Notes: generated by a model not told the origin, from the letters alone. A stretch of 64,000 bases of DNA from an uncultured Gammaproteobacteria bacterium (GCA_964590105.1 CAZPYM010000003.1:8179-72178), one strand, 5' to 3'; numbered from the stretch's first letter, positions 35,616-45,920 are shown. Made by a program: numbers and translations.

Positions 35616-37991
35616 ATGCAAACGCAAACAACAACAGAGACAAAATCAAAAGTCCGAACTGGTGTAGTCACGGCAGTTATTGGCGCGGCCCTGATCGCCG
35701 CCGCCGCCGCCGGTCTAGTTATTAAAAGTCAGGACACGGGGCTTAGTATTGGTGGCAGCACTTTTAATTTTGGTAAAGTAATGACCAAGGAAACCGTGGA
35801 AAAGGTTTTTGTTTTACAAAACACTGAAAAGCGAGGCGATTTTCAATTGAAGATAGCAGAACCGGGTGGCGCTTTTGTTATTAATAAGGAAGTAAGCACA
35901 TGTCAGACGACGCTGGCGGCGGGTAAGTCGTGCAAGTTGGCTGTTAAGTTCACGCCGAGCAAAGCGGTTAAATACAAAAAAACATTTATCGTGCGTTATG
36001 TTTTTAATAAAAAAACAAAGAGCGTGACTTTGAAATTACAGGGTGAAGGCGTGCCAAGTGAAACTGACGGCGCCTGCGTGGATAGCGATGTGACCGACAA
36101 AAATTTTGCCGGTATGTCGATCCAGACTTATAAATATGTAAATGTTTTTAAGATGGGCCATGTCAAGGGCTTGAATCCAAGTACGCAGAAATTTATGGAA
36201 GCTGATGATAAGTGCTGGAACGAAAAAAGAATCTTAGAATATTATTGTAATGAAAAAACCGGATTAGTCAGTTGGAACAGTTATGATTGTCCAGGCATTT
36301 GTGAAGATGGCGAATGCAAGGAAGTTGAATGTAGTTCAGAATTGCCTAATTCAAAAGGAGTCGCTCTTAACGGCAGTTGTTCCTGGGAATGCAGTGATCC
36401 ATGGACAAATGAAGATGGAAAAGAAGAAAATGGCTGTGAATGCAATACTGAAACCAAAGAAGGCTGTCCAGTTTCAAAATGCAATGACAGCGATGGCGGC
36501 ATTGTTTTTGAAAAAATGGGGATGATCCAGGGTCTAAATCCTGTGACAGGGGAAATAATTGTAAAAACAGATAGCTGCCCTGACATTTTTAAGGTGTCAG
36601 AATATTATTGCGACGGAGACTATGTTGCGGTAGACAATCAAACACCGGGCGCTCCGCCGCTAACCAGCGACGGAACAAAATGTCCTGAAGGCATGGCTTG
36701 TTATGATAATGCCTGCAAACCTTGTGTTTGGAAAGACTTGGGCTATACAGCATGTAAGAAAATTGGTAATAAATATTATGAATCCAAAGTGTCGCTAACT
36801 CCTAATTGTGAAATATCTGCAACAAATAGTGTGGACGGTATTAAGTATTGTGGAGATACTGCAACTTCGTGTGTCGACGGCAAATGCGTTCAGATGTGCC
36901 AGGATTCTGATAATGGAGAAGATATTTATACTCAAGGAATCGTTAAAGGTCATTGGGGTTGTCCTGAAGAAAATGAACCTATTGTTAAAGAAGAAGACGT
37001 CTGTGTCGACGAGAATCATGTTACAGAATTTATATGTAATGCTGGTTGTGATAATATTTTAAGTACGGAAATAGAATGTCCGACTGGAACATCTTGTAGT
37101 CAGGGGGCGTGCAAAGAATTGGCTACTGCCACCCAAATGCCAGATGATAATACGCCTACGCCAGCAGAATTGCCGGTACCTTCACAAGCCATGGCTGATT
37201 TGGCATTTATAGCTGATCCAACTTTTAATGTTTCAGGCACGAGCGAGCAACATTATATTAATTCGAAATTAGAAATTCAAAATATTGGTACGGCCTCTGT
37301 TTCATCTCCGTTTTATGTCTCATTAGCTTTAAAAAGAGGAAACGGAGAAGAAGTAAAGTTGGTTACGACCGGAGGAATCAAGGCTGACTGGTATGACGAA
37401 CAAGAAGGATGGAAGAATTATAATCTTAGTTTGTTATCGGATGGCCGTGTTGGTATATATGTAGACAAGGATATCGCTGCCGGTTCGAATATTAGTATTA
37501 CTGTGAGATTGCCAAGCAGTATTGTTAGAAGTGGTGTTGAAGAAATTTTAGCAATTATTGATCCTACTAATGAAATAACAGAGATTGAGAAAGCTAATAA
37601 TTCAAAGGTAATAAATTTTAGTAGCATATTAGTGGATTATGAGATTACAAACGTGACGTTCAATCTGAGTGCTACCCAATCAATTTATAAGAGTGCGGTA
37701 GTCGAAGTCACTAATAAAGGCAACGGCCCGGCGACTTATCTAAGTCAAGGATTGTATGTTATATGGAAAGATGCTTCTCAAAAAATTCTTTTCACGCAAA
37801 CATATCCATTGAGGGCGATGAATCCTGGAGCAGTGGAACAATACTTCATAAACTTTCCGCCATATGAAGAGGATGCCGCTATGGTAAATTCTTTGGATAT
37901 CAGGGTCGCAGCAAATGCATCAGCGGGGGTAGCTCTTGTAATGGAAACTAATTTCTCCAATAATATTCAGGAGAATGTTATAGTAGAGTAG
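35616..37991 (+). CDS. large membrane-anchored cysteine-rich surface protein with C-terminal CARDB-like domains
   Basis: N-terminal TM anchor, repeated Cys-rich modules (CxDSD, EYYC...), and two C-terminal segments with the CARDB-like pattern ('LEIQNIGTASVSSPFYVSLAL', 'VEVTNKGNGPA'). Confidence 0.5.
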   Translation: MQTQTTTETKSKVRTGVVTAVIGAALIAAAAAGLVIKSQDTGLSIGGSTFNFGKVMTKETVEKVFVLQNTEKRGDFQLKIAEPGGAFVINKEVSTCQTTLAAGKSCKLAVKFTPSKAVKYKKTFIVRYVFNKKTKSVTLKLQGEGVPSETDGACVDSDVTDKNFAGMSIQTYKYVNVFKMGHVKGLNPSTQKFMEADDKCWNEKRILEYYCNEKTGLVSWNSYDCPGICEDGECKEVECSSELPNSKGVALNGSCSWECSDPWTNEDGKEENGCECNTETKEGCPVSKCNDSDGGIVFEKMGMIQGLNPVTGEIIVKTDSCPDIFKVSEYYCDGDYVAVDNQTPGAPPLTSDGTKCPEGMACYDNACKPCVWKDLGYTACKKIGNKYYESKVSLTPNCEISATNSVDGIKYCGDTATSCVDGKCVQMCQDSDNGEDIYTQGIVKGHWGCPEENEPIVKEEDVCVDENHVTEFICNAGCDNILSTEIECPTGTSCSQGACKELATATQMPDDNTPTPAELPVPSQAMADLAFIADPTFNVSGTSEQHYINSKLEIQNIGTASVSSPFYVSLALKRGNGEEVKLVTTGGIKADWYDEQEGWKNYNLSLLSDGRVGIYVDKDIAAGSNISITVRLPSSIVRSGVEEILAIIDPTNEITEIEKANNSKVINFSSILVDYEITNVTFNLSATQSIYKSAVVEVTNKGNGPATYLSQGLYVIWKDASQKILFTQTYPLRAMNPGAVEQYFINFPPYEEDAAMVNSLDIRVAANASAGVALVMETNFSNNIQENVIVE

Positions 37992-38169
37992 GTTAGAATT
38001 AGTATCTTAAAAAATTGCTCCAGAAATGGGGCAATTTTGTTTTAAGTTGCGGCTTGGTTGCGTTTAGTAGCTACCCTCTGGTTTCGTAGTATATCCGGGC
38101 GGCGTGGAGCGTGCGATATCAAATTAACAATAAATTTATTATCCTGCCGAATTTTGATATAATAAAGGC

Positions 38170-39177
38170 ATGAAGAACAAAATTACAAAAATAGTATTTG
38201 GATTATTGATATTGGTTTTGGTTTTGATTGGAATCACGCTTTTGAATGGCTCACGTGGCGGTGATGACGTCGCTGATGTAGCCGATGTGAGGGGTCAAAA
38301 GCTGGAACCCTTACAGCAGAATGAGAGATTGCAGGTATATTTTTTGGATGTTGGCCAGGGCGATTCGATCTATATCCGTACGCCGGGTGAGCAGGATATT
38401 TTAATTGATGGCGGACCGGACAAAAGCGTTTTGAATCAGCTGGGCGAAGTAATGCCTTTTTGGGATCGGGAAATTGATGTGATGATTTTAACTCATCCGC
38501 ATTCGGATCATGTTACCGGATTAGTTGAAGTGCTTCGCAGATACAGCGTAAAACAAATTTATTATACGGGCGCTTTGCACACAGCGCCGGATTATTTGGC
38601 TTGGCTCGAAGAAATAAAAAAGCAAAATCTGGATTTAAAAATTGTTGAGCATCCTTTTGAAATTGATTTTGGTAATGAAGTTAAACTGCAGTTTTTGTTT
38701 CCGCAAAAAAGTTTGCTTAATCAAAAGATGGAGGAGCTGAACAACAGTTCCATTGTCAATAAATTGGTTTACAAAAATGTCAGTTTTTTATTTATGGGCG
38801 ACGTGGAGGAGCCGGTTGAAGAAGAGTTGCTGAAAAGCTCTCCGGCCGCTGTTGTCATTTCGACCGAAGTGGAGAAATCTACAACAGCGATCGGAATGAC
38901 AACTGCGACCGAGCAAGACGATCAGTTCTTGAGTTTGAAGGCCGATGTTTTGAAAGTCGGACATCACGGCAGTTCGAGCTCAAGCAGTGAAGAATTTCTT
39001 GAAGCGGTTAGTCCGCAAATTGCTGTTATCCAAGTTGGAAAAGACAATGAGTTCGGCCATCCGCATTTGAAAATTTTGAAAAGATTGGAGAGGCTCGGCG
39101 TCAAAATATGGAGAAATGATGAAGATGGTCGGATTTTGTTGGCAAGTGACGGTAATCAAATCTTTATTGACGAATAG
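38170..39177 (+). CDS. ComEC-type metallo-beta-lactamase domain protein (standalone, N-terminal TM)
   Basis: 'VYFLDVGQGDSIYIRTPGEQDILIDGGP' is the characteristic start of the ComEC MBL domain, with 'ILTHPHSDHVTGL' (HxHxDH) and 'VGHHGS'. Confidence 0.7.
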   Translation: MKNKITKIVFGLLILVLVLIGITLLNGSRGGDDVADVADVRGQKLEPLQQNERLQVYFLDVGQGDSIYIRTPGEQDILIDGGPDKSVLNQLGEVMPFWDREIDVMILTHPHSDHVTGLVEVLRRYSVKQIYYTGALHTAPDYLAWLEEIKKQNLDLKIVEHPFEIDFGNEVKLQFLFPQKSLLNQKMEELNNSSIVNKLVYKNVSFLFMGDVEEPVEEELLKSSPAAVVISTEVEKSTTAIGMTTATEQDDQFLSLKADVLKVGHHGSSSSSSEEFLEAVSPQIAVIQVGKDNEFGHPHLKILKRLERLGVKIWRNDEDGRILLASDGNQIFIDE

Positions 39178-39239
39178 TTCTTTTTACCTTAAGTTTATGT
39201 TATAATGTCGATATATTAATATTCTAAATTTTAAATTGT

Positions 39240-41042
39240 ATGGAAAACCAATTGCCGGTTATTGAACCTCGAATCCCAAATCCAAGCAAGTGGCCGATGG
39301 TAGTTTTAATCGTTGTTATTGCCCTGCTGGTAATTTCAAATTCTCTGACGATCCATTTTTTAATTAATCAAAAACCAAAAGTTGTTGTAATAGATCCCAT
39401 GGAAGGGGCTCTAGTTATTGAGGATAAAGAAGTCGAGCCAGTTTTGGATCAACCGGAGGAGGCGATTGCGGTGGAAATAAAAAAAGACTTGATGGCCGGG
39501 GAGGTCGCCGTTGAGTGGCTGGAGTTTCCCAAGTCGGTTTATACAGACAATTTGCTTGATTATCAACAGTTAAAAGGAAATTTCAGTACAGTCAATGAAA
39601 AACTGAAAGAAGCGGTTTCATCGATTGTTTTGGCCGGTACAGCGCAATCAACGCCTTATGAAAATTCAGCAGTTTATTTGATTGAAGAAACGCAGGAAGG
39701 AATGGCTTTGCACGGGAATTATTTGTGGGTTATCAAAGAACCTGAAACAAGCAAATTAATTGTTTTGGGAAAATACTCTGATGGAGGAGGTTGGCCGATT
39801 CTGCAGGAATTATTTGTTTTTAACGATCAATTAACATTTAAGAACTGGGAAACGTCGAAGACTATTGCTGTTCCAAATAGCAAATATGAATTAGTGAAAT
39901 CAGAAATGGGATATACAAAAATGCTTTCGAGTTATGACTTGATTAAGCAGTTTAAATTCAACGATGATGAATATGTTTACTGGGATAAAATGTCAGGCTG
40001 TTTTGTGATCAGGCGACCGGGTAATACGGCGCAGGAATATTATATAAATATAGACTTTCTGGCCGGTAATAGAACATCCGGTTACAATACTGAAGCGATG
40101 AGTCAAGTGATTGATTTTACTTGGAGTGACGGTTCAAAAAATGAAATTGAATACCAGACAACTTCTCTGACCGGCTGTGGAACCAACGGCTGTTATTCTT
40201 ATCCGGAAAATATTAACACCAAAGAATTAATTGTTGTTGGTAAAACAAAAAATGATGGTAATATTTACGCTTACAAAATTGACCTTGCGGAAAAGTCCCT
40301 CAGCAAGGAACATCGATTGTCTTTGACTTATGAACATTATTACCCTGGTTATAATAATGAAACCAATGGCGCTTTAGAAAAAAAGCCTTTCAAAGAATTT
40401 GTCGAAGATTACCCGCTGCTTTACTGGCAGGATCCGTTCGGCCGTTGGATGGAGTTTTTGAACATTAAATATCAGCCGGCTGTGGAATGCGGCAAGCCGG
40501 TAATTTATCTTTATCCGGAAGAAGATATGAATGTTAATGTTAAAGTTGAACCGAACGGTGGCATTCGATTGAGCGAACCAAGTTATGGCCGCGGTTGGTC
40601 AGTGTTTGCTTCGACTAAAAGCGAACTTTATAATTTTAGCGACCGCCAAACTTATCCTTATTTGTTCTGGGAAGGCTTTGGTTATGATTATTCTCAATCA
40701 GACAAGGGCTATGTTGTTACGGAGAGAGAAGTTGAGCCTTTCTTGAAATATATTTTGGCTGAGCTTGGTCTGAATGAAAAAGAAACCGCTCACTTCAATA
40801 AATTTTGGGTGCCGAAAATAAAAGAACAAAAAAAGCCGTATTATTTTATTACCTTTTTACCAAAAAATGAATTTGATAAAATTGCTCCATTGACTGTTGA
40901 GCCAAAGCCGGATACAGTGATTCGCGTATTCATGGATTATCAGGGGTTGGATCAGTTTAAAAATGTAGAACCTTTGCGAATTGTAACTCCGGAGCGGAAA
41001 GGCTTCACTGTAGTTGAATGGGGCGGCGCTTTGCATGACTAA
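39240..41042 (+). CDS. hypothetical membrane-anchored protein
   Basis: 600-aa ORF with an N-terminal TM; no motif recognised. Confidence 0.45.
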   Translation: MENQLPVIEPRIPNPSKWPMVVLIVVIALLVISNSLTIHFLINQKPKVVVIDPMEGALVIEDKEVEPVLDQPEEAIAVEIKKDLMAGEVAVEWLEFPKSVYTDNLLDYQQLKGNFSTVNEKLKEAVSSIVLAGTAQSTPYENSAVYLIEETQEGMALHGNYLWVIKEPETSKLIVLGKYSDGGGWPILQELFVFNDQLTFKNWETSKTIAVPNSKYELVKSEMGYTKMLSSYDLIKQFKFNDDEYVYWDKMSGCFVIRRPGNTAQEYYINIDFLAGNRTSGYNTEAMSQVIDFTWSDGSKNEIEYQTTSLTGCGTNGCYSYPENINTKELIVVGKTKNDGNIYAYKIDLAEKSLSKEHRLSLTYEHYYPGYNNETNGALEKKPFKEFVEDYPLLYWQDPFGRWMEFLNIKYQPAVECGKPVIYLYPEEDMNVNVKVEPNGGIRLSEPSYGRGWSVFASTKSELYNFSDRQTYPYLFWEGFGYDYSQSDKGYVVTEREVEPFLKYILAELGLNEKETAHFNKFWVPKIKEQKKPYYFITFLPKNEFDKIAPLTVEPKPDTVIRVFMDYQGLDQFKNVEPLRIVTPERKGFTVVEWGGALHD

Positions 41043-41901
41043 ATTAAACGCAATCTTAATGGTTATAGTAATTCTCCTTGTGATCTTGCAGGGAGGATTG
41101 CTTTTTTTTATTTTTACGTCGGAGCCACCGGTTAGAGATGAACATCGAAGTCTTTATATTACGCGCGGTTTTTATGATGAAGCTTATGAATTGGCAGGAG
41201 CTGGATTTGAATTGAAAAATAATAAAGTGGTGGCGGCGATTGTTCCGCATCACTTATTTGTCAAAGACAGAATTGCGAGGCTGTTTAAAAGTTTAGAAAA
41301 ATTTGATTATGACCAGATAATAATGATCGGGCCGGATCATTTGAATGACGCGGGTTTTGATATTGTAACTTCAAGCGCGGATTGGGCCACTCCTTACGGA
41401 AAGTTAAACGGTAATTCTGGGTTCACCGATCAATTGCTGCAAACTGAGTTTGTTGATCTGAATGAAAAAGCCATGGCCAGAGAATTTGCCATTAGCGGTT
41501 TGGTTCCTTTCGTCAAAAAAACCTGGCCCAAAGCCAAGTTTGTTCCGTTAATTTTATCTTCAAAAGTTAAAAAAGAAAAACTTGATCAGCTTATAAATTT
41601 TATTCAAAATGATAAAAGTCAGAAAACCTTGTTGATTGCCAGTGTAGATTTTTCTCATTATCAATCACCGGAAGCGGCGGAAAAGGAAGATGAAGTCAGT
41701 AATCTCGTAATAAAAAATTTTGAGGTGGAGAAAGCGCTGGAAATCCCCGTTGATTCGCCGCAGTCCATTTATGTAATTCTAAATTATGCTCTGCAAAATG
41801 GAGCGAGCAATTCTGAATTATTGTCCCACACTAATACCGGATTGATTCAACCCTGGTCATCGGAAACTGCAGTGACGCATAATGTCTGGATTTTTTATTA
41901 A
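41035..41901 (+). CDS. MEMO1 / AmmeMemoRadiSam system protein B-like
   Basis: 'AAIVPHHLFV' (compare Memo 'vPHAGy') and 'ASVDFSHYQSPE' (compare 'sADfSHy'). The ATG at 41035 overlaps the upstream stop (ATGACTAA). Confidence 0.45.
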   Translation: MTKLNAILMVIVILLVILQGGLLFFIFTSEPPVRDEHRSLYITRGFYDEAYELAGAGFELKNNKVVAAIVPHHLFVKDRIARLFKSLEKFDYDQIIMIGPDHLNDAGFDIVTSSADWATPYGKLNGNSGFTDQLLQTEFVDLNEKAMAREFAISGLVPFVKKTWPKAKFVPLILSSKVKKEKLDQLINFIQNDKSQKTLLIASVDFSHYQSPEAAEKEDEVSNLVIKNFEVEKALEIPVDSPQSIYVILNYALQNGASNSELLSHTNTGLIQPWSSETAVTHNVWIFY

Positions 41902-41925
41902 AATCGGTTTTATATTATTTTTTTA

Positions 41926-41954
41926 TTGACAGTCAAAGCCAGATATCATACGAT
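41926..41954 (+). promoter_or_regulatory. promoter TTGACA-N17-TACGAT
   Basis: ttgacagtcaaagccagatatcatacgat, upstream of the GC-rich MBL gene. Confidence 0.5.
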
Positions 41955-42027
41955 TAAATTGAGAGATGCTGGTCTCTCGCGCCCAATGCTCCTGTCCTTC
42001 GCCTGTAAGCCGCGAAAGGAGGGCAAG

Positions 42028-43017
42028 ATGAGGGTAACAACCTACGGTACCAGGGGATCAATCCCCATTGCGAACGCAAAAAGTGTCAGGTACGGCGGTA
42101 ACACCACCTGCTTGCGGGTGGAATCATGTTGTTTGCCGGATGGCCAGTGGTTGATCATTGATGCCGGTTCCGGCTATGTTCCGGCGTCGACAGATGCTTT
42201 GAAAAGTGGAGTGAAGCAGGTCAACCTGTTCTTCACCCACCATCACCACGATCACAATCAGGGACTGCCCCTGTCTCCTTTGACCTTTATCAAAGCCATT
42301 CCGGTCCATGTGTACGGGCCGGTGGATAATGGTTGGGGGCCGAAGGAAGTGATCGAATCTGTCATGCAAAAACCGGTTTTTCCGGTACCTTTCAAGATCG
42401 TGGCTTCGCACTTTCACTTCCACCGGTTGGAGTATCCGACAACCCTGGTGATCTTGATCCACCCGCGCGGCGGCTTCAAGACACTCGGCGTGGATGTGTT
42501 TGAGCGGCTCCTTGCCAAAGGAGAGCCCATTCCTTTCAGACAAAAGATGTCGTTCCCCGTGGCGGAATGTCTGGTGGTCTGGATGCATCGCACTGATCAT
42601 CCGGAAGCCACCATTTCGTACCGCTTTGAGGAGCGTCCGACAGGCAAAGTGTTTTGCCTGCTGACAGATCATGAAAACCAGGACGGAGTGCCGCAGAGCC
42701 TGCTCGCTCACCTGGCGAATGCGGATTTCCTGATTCAAGACGCCCAGTATGATCCGGACACGTACGCGAAAAGGACGGCCGGCTTTGGCCACGCCACTCC
42801 CACGTACGCAGTTCGCCTGGCTAATCAGGCTGGGGTTAAGAAGCTGGGATTCACCCACCACGATCCGGGCGCTGACGACGAGGCAGTGGACAGGATCGTG
42901 GAGATCGGACGAACTCTGGCCAAAGAGGCACGGGAAGACGACGGCAAAAAGAAGAGCAATCTTCTTCAGCCGGCTGACATCTTTGCCTGCGCCGATTATC
43001 AGGTTTACGAAGTCTAA
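42028..43017 (+). CDS. MBL-fold metallo-hydrolase (RNase Z/PhnP-like); GC-rich gene
   Basis: The start is taken at the ATG (MRVTTYGTRGS) preceded by AAAGGAGGG. 'THHHHDHNQGLP' is the HxHxDH motif. GC is visibly about 58%. The antisense ORF 42124..42861 is considered spurious. Confidence 0.6.
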   Translation: MRVTTYGTRGSIPIANAKSVRYGGNTTCLRVESCCLPDGQWLIIDAGSGYVPASTDALKSGVKQVNLFFTHHHHDHNQGLPLSPLTFIKAIPVHVYGPVDNGWGPKEVIESVMQKPVFPVPFKIVASHFHFHRLEYPTTLVILIHPRGGFKTLGVDVFERLLAKGEPIPFRQKMSFPVAECLVVWMHRTDHPEATISYRFEERPTGKVFCLLTDHENQDGVPQSLLAHLANADFLIQDAQYDPDTYAKRTAGFGHATPTYAVRLANQAGVKKLGFTHHDPGADDEAVDRIVEIGRTLAKEAREDDGKKKSNLLQPADIFACADYQVYEV

Positions 43018-43091
43018 CCCACAGCGCCAAGCGCGCCTGGCGGAAAAAGACGGACATTGAAAAGCGAATGACCAGCTCTCGTGGGCCTTTC

Positions 43092-43128
43092 CTCGGAAAG
43101 GCCCTTTTTCTTTTTTTTTACGAATTGC
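43092..43128 (+). terminator. intrinsic terminator
   Basis: GGGCCTTTCC-tcg-GAAAGGCCC-TTTTTCTTTTTTTTT. Confidence 0.75.
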
Positions 43129-43308
43129 AAACTATTCTAAATATTGGGCTATAATTACGACGGTTATTTAAATCCTTGATTTTACCGGCATATTTGCTAT
43201 ACTGTGCTCAGATTCAGTGAAAAATTATAATGAAAAAATGACCAATGACAAATAATAAATTATAGACATGAAGTTTGTTATTTGATTTTTGGCATTTGAT
43301 ATTAAATT

Positions 43309-44388
43309 ATGCGCGATTATGAAAAAAATTATCCATTAGTCTCGACTAAAGTGGAGGGTTTAGGTAAAAAATTTGATTTGTCCGACAAAGCGGACAGAGC
43401 TGATTATTTTCAACAAAAAGTTGGCGCTGAAATTGCCAAGTTAAGGGAATTCATGTCCAATAATGTCTTTGTTGGGTTTTGGCTGGGAAAGAAAAATTCA
43501 GGAAAAGGAACTTATTCCAAATTAATGGCTGAAATTTTTGGTGAGGATAAAATTGGGCATATTTCAGTTGGCGATGTTGTTCGAGCTGCGCACGCGGACA
43601 TGGAAGATGAGGTGAAGAAAGCCGAGATTGTTGATTATTTAAAAAAGAATTACCGTGGCTATATTTCAGTGGAGCAAGCGCTGGACGCTTTGCTCGGACG
43701 AGACACGAAAACTCTTTTGCCAACTGAATTTATCATGGCGCTGGTAAAAAGACAGGTTGAAAGTATGCCGCACAAAACTTTATTTCTTGACGGATTTCCT
43801 CGGGAAATTGACCAGGTCTCATATTCTTTATTTTTCCGCAAATTGATTGGTTATGACAAGGACCAGGATTTATTTATTTGCATTGATATTCCGGAAGCGG
43901 TGATTGACGAGCGCATGAAATACCGGGTTGTTTGTCCAAAATGCAAAACTCCGCGAAACTTGAAATTACTAGCAACTAAATTTGTCGGTTATGACAAGGA
44001 AACCGGTAAGTTCAAAATGATGTGTGATAATCCTGAGTGCGAAAAAGCAGTAATGGTTTCAAAAGAAGGAGATGAACTTGGCATTGAAACAATTCGCGAG
44101 CGTTTGAATCTGGATCAAAGTCTGATTGAGAAGGTAATGTCTATTTACGGCGTTCCAAAAATTCTGCTTCGTAATGCCGTGCCGGCTGATAGAACTACTG
44201 AATTAACCGATGATTATGAAGTGACGCCGGAATACGTCTTTAAGTATAATGAAGCGACTGATCAAGTGGATGTTTCTGAAAAACCATGGTCAATAAAAGA
44301 CGATTTTGGCATTGAATCGAACAGTTTGCTGTCTCCGCCAGTGGTAGTTTCATTGATCCGGCAGCTGGCAAAGGTTTTGGGTTTGTAG
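43309..44388 (+). CDS. adenylate kinase family protein (long, atypical NMP kinase with Cys4 LID)
   Basis: 'LGKKNSGKGTYSKLM' (P-loop), 'HISVGDVVRAA' (compare ISTGDmLR), 'LFLDGFPREIDQV' (compare LLDGFPRT), and a LID with 'CPKCKT...CDNPEC'. 359 aa with N- and C-terminal extensions. Confidence 0.55.
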   Translation: MRDYEKNYPLVSTKVEGLGKKFDLSDKADRADYFQQKVGAEIAKLREFMSNNVFVGFWLGKKNSGKGTYSKLMAEIFGEDKIGHISVGDVVRAAHADMEDEVKKAEIVDYLKKNYRGYISVEQALDALLGRDTKTLLPTEFIMALVKRQVESMPHKTLFLDGFPREIDQVSYSLFFRKLIGYDKDQDLFICIDIPEAVIDERMKYRVVCPKCKTPRNLKLLATKFVGYDKETGKFKMMCDNPECEKAVMVSKEGDELGIETIRERLNLDQSLIEKVMSIYGVPKILLRNAVPADRTTELTDDYEVTPEYVFKYNEATDQVDVSEKPWSIKDDFGIESNSLLSPPVVVSLIRQLAKVLGL

Positions 44389-44461
44389 GAGGGCGAAAGA
44401 AGAATAGGTGTTTCTAAAATTTAATGTTTTGCATTTGTTATTCACTTTGTTACAATATAAT

Positions 44462-44600
44462 TGAACCCCAATCTTGCTGGTGTTATTTCGGGTCAAACAT
44501 GATTCCATGGGAGGCTCATATCTCTGCGTTCCGTGGAGCGCATTTGCGGCCACCCACCTGGCTTTTAGCCGGAATCGTCCAGCTGAGGGGTTCTTTTAGT
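44462..44600 (+). ncRNA. candidate small structured RNA (unknown class)
   Basis: A GC-enriched ~140-nt stretch in a 445-nt AT-rich spacer. The 5' GAACCCCaaucuuGCUGG pairs with the 3' CCAGCugaGGGGUUC, followed by UUUU; there is an internal CCGGAA-containing hairpin. A weak TTGCAT-N16-TACAAT promoter lies upstream. The only ORF (44424..44606) is Cys/aromatic-rich with no RBS. Confidence 0.3.
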
Positions 44601-44833
44601 TTGTAATGCCTGAAAAAGTATTATAATATAGTAGGCGCGGAAATTTGAATTTATTCTCATTATAAAATGGGCTTGAACAAGGCTAAATAGGGAAATAAGA
44701 TAGAGCGGAAATATATTCAGGTTTAACTGTTTGTTTAGTTTTTTACTTCTAGAACTTTTATCATTTCTATCACATCTTTTTCCTCTATCTTTTTCCTCTA
44801 TCTTTTTCCGTCTCTTATTATTAATTTTATCTT

Positions 44834-45556
44834 ATGCCGGAGCAATCTCAAATTAATAACGAAAAAACAAACGTGGGCAGGCCGCAAAATATGCCGGCCA
44901 AAAAATTGCGGCACGATGATGCCGCCAGAGAAGAGTTTGAAGCGGGATTTGAAAAGGGAGGAGTTGATGTCGAGGGAGAAAAAAGAGAACGGTCAATCGA
45001 CCCCGTGGTCAGATTTGTGCGGGCGATTGAAGAGCATGATTTGTATGAAGCTTACGTTGAATTGCGCGGTTTGCGCTTTTCCTCGCGAAAGTATACTGAT
45101 TTGAAAGAAGACTTTGTTGATTTGGTTGATCATTTTTTAAATCAGGAAGGAGCTGATTTGGTGGAGAAATACAGATCAGATTTAATGCTTCTTCGCGAGA
45201 GCGTGAGACAAAATAAGCTGGATTATCTTATTATCAGCGAAGGAATGTTAAAGGGCCTGTCTGAATTTGGCAGGTTAAAATTTCAGCAACAGCTGGAAGA
45301 AAAAGTAGAAAAAGTTGAACGAGAAATAGTGATTACCCGTTTTCGAGCTTTGATGGAGCAGGAAAACGTTGATGCTTATGATATCTTTTTCCAACTGGTA
45401 AAAGCGCGCGAAAAGGCAATGCCTGAATTTGAAGAAATGAAAATAAAATTTTTGGAATGGCTGGATAAAGAAATATTAGCTGATTCGCGGGACTTGGAAA
45501 AGGCAACAAAAGTGCATTTAGTGAAATTGCGTCAGAGGCTTCGTGAGCAAGAATAA
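44834..45556 (+). CDS. hypothetical acidic coiled-coil protein
   Basis: 240-aa ORF; no motif. Confidence 0.45.
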   Translation: MPEQSQINNEKTNVGRPQNMPAKKLRHDDAAREEFEAGFEKGGVDVEGEKRERSIDPVVRFVRAIEEHDLYEAYVELRGLRFSSRKYTDLKEDFVDLVDHFLNQEGADLVEKYRSDLMLLRESVRQNKLDYLIISEGMLKGLSEFGRLKFQQQLEEKVEKVEREIVITRFRALMEQENVDAYDIFFQLVKAREKAMPEFEEMKIKFLEWLDKEILADSRDLEKATKVHLVKLRQRLREQE

Positions 45557-45565
45557 AAAAACAAG

Positions 45566-45597
45566 CCGGCGCGAGGGCCGGGCTTGATTGTGGAAAT
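45566..45597 (-). terminator. intrinsic terminator for the minus-strand gene
   Basis: The minus strand reads CAAGCCCGGCC-ctcg-CGCCGGCTTG-TTTTTTTATT. Confidence 0.65.
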
Positions 45598-45599
45598 GT

Positions 45600-45920
45600 T
45601 TAAGAATATTGTTCCAGGTATTTCCTGGGATTTACGCGGCCATTCGGCCGCGACGTTCGCTGAGTGATGTTTCCGGCCAGCTCACCGGTCTGGCAGTTGC
45701 CGGCTTCGTCGAGCTGACGCAGGATCCGGATGACTTCATCGTTGTTCATGCACGGTTCTTGGTTAAACCCCCGGCTTTCATCCGGCGACTTTGGCGGCAG
45801 TTTACCGCGTTCCGAGGAATCATCCTGCTTGTCCGCTGATGTCTGCTTGGCAGAGAGTTCGCCGGCAAACGTACCGAGAAAAAAACAACAGAGCAGTGCC
45901 GTCCACAGGATTTTGGTCAT
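45600..45920 (-). CDS. small secreted protein (signal peptide); GC-rich
   Basis: 'MTKILWTALLCCFFLGTFAGELSA' signal peptide; GC about 57%; no motif. Confidence 0.45.
   Translation of the reverse strand: MTKILWTALLCCFFLGTFAGELSAKQTSADKQDDSSERGKLPPKSPDESRGFNQEPCMNNDEVIRILRQLDEAGNCQTGELAGNITQRTSRPNGRVNPRKYLEQYS

Noticed and set aside
42124-42861. 245-aa antisense ORF within the GC-rich MBL hydrolase gene
   Set aside because: A long antisense frame is expected by chance in a ~58% GC gene. The sense strand has the HxHxDH motif, an SD and a promoter; the antisense has none.
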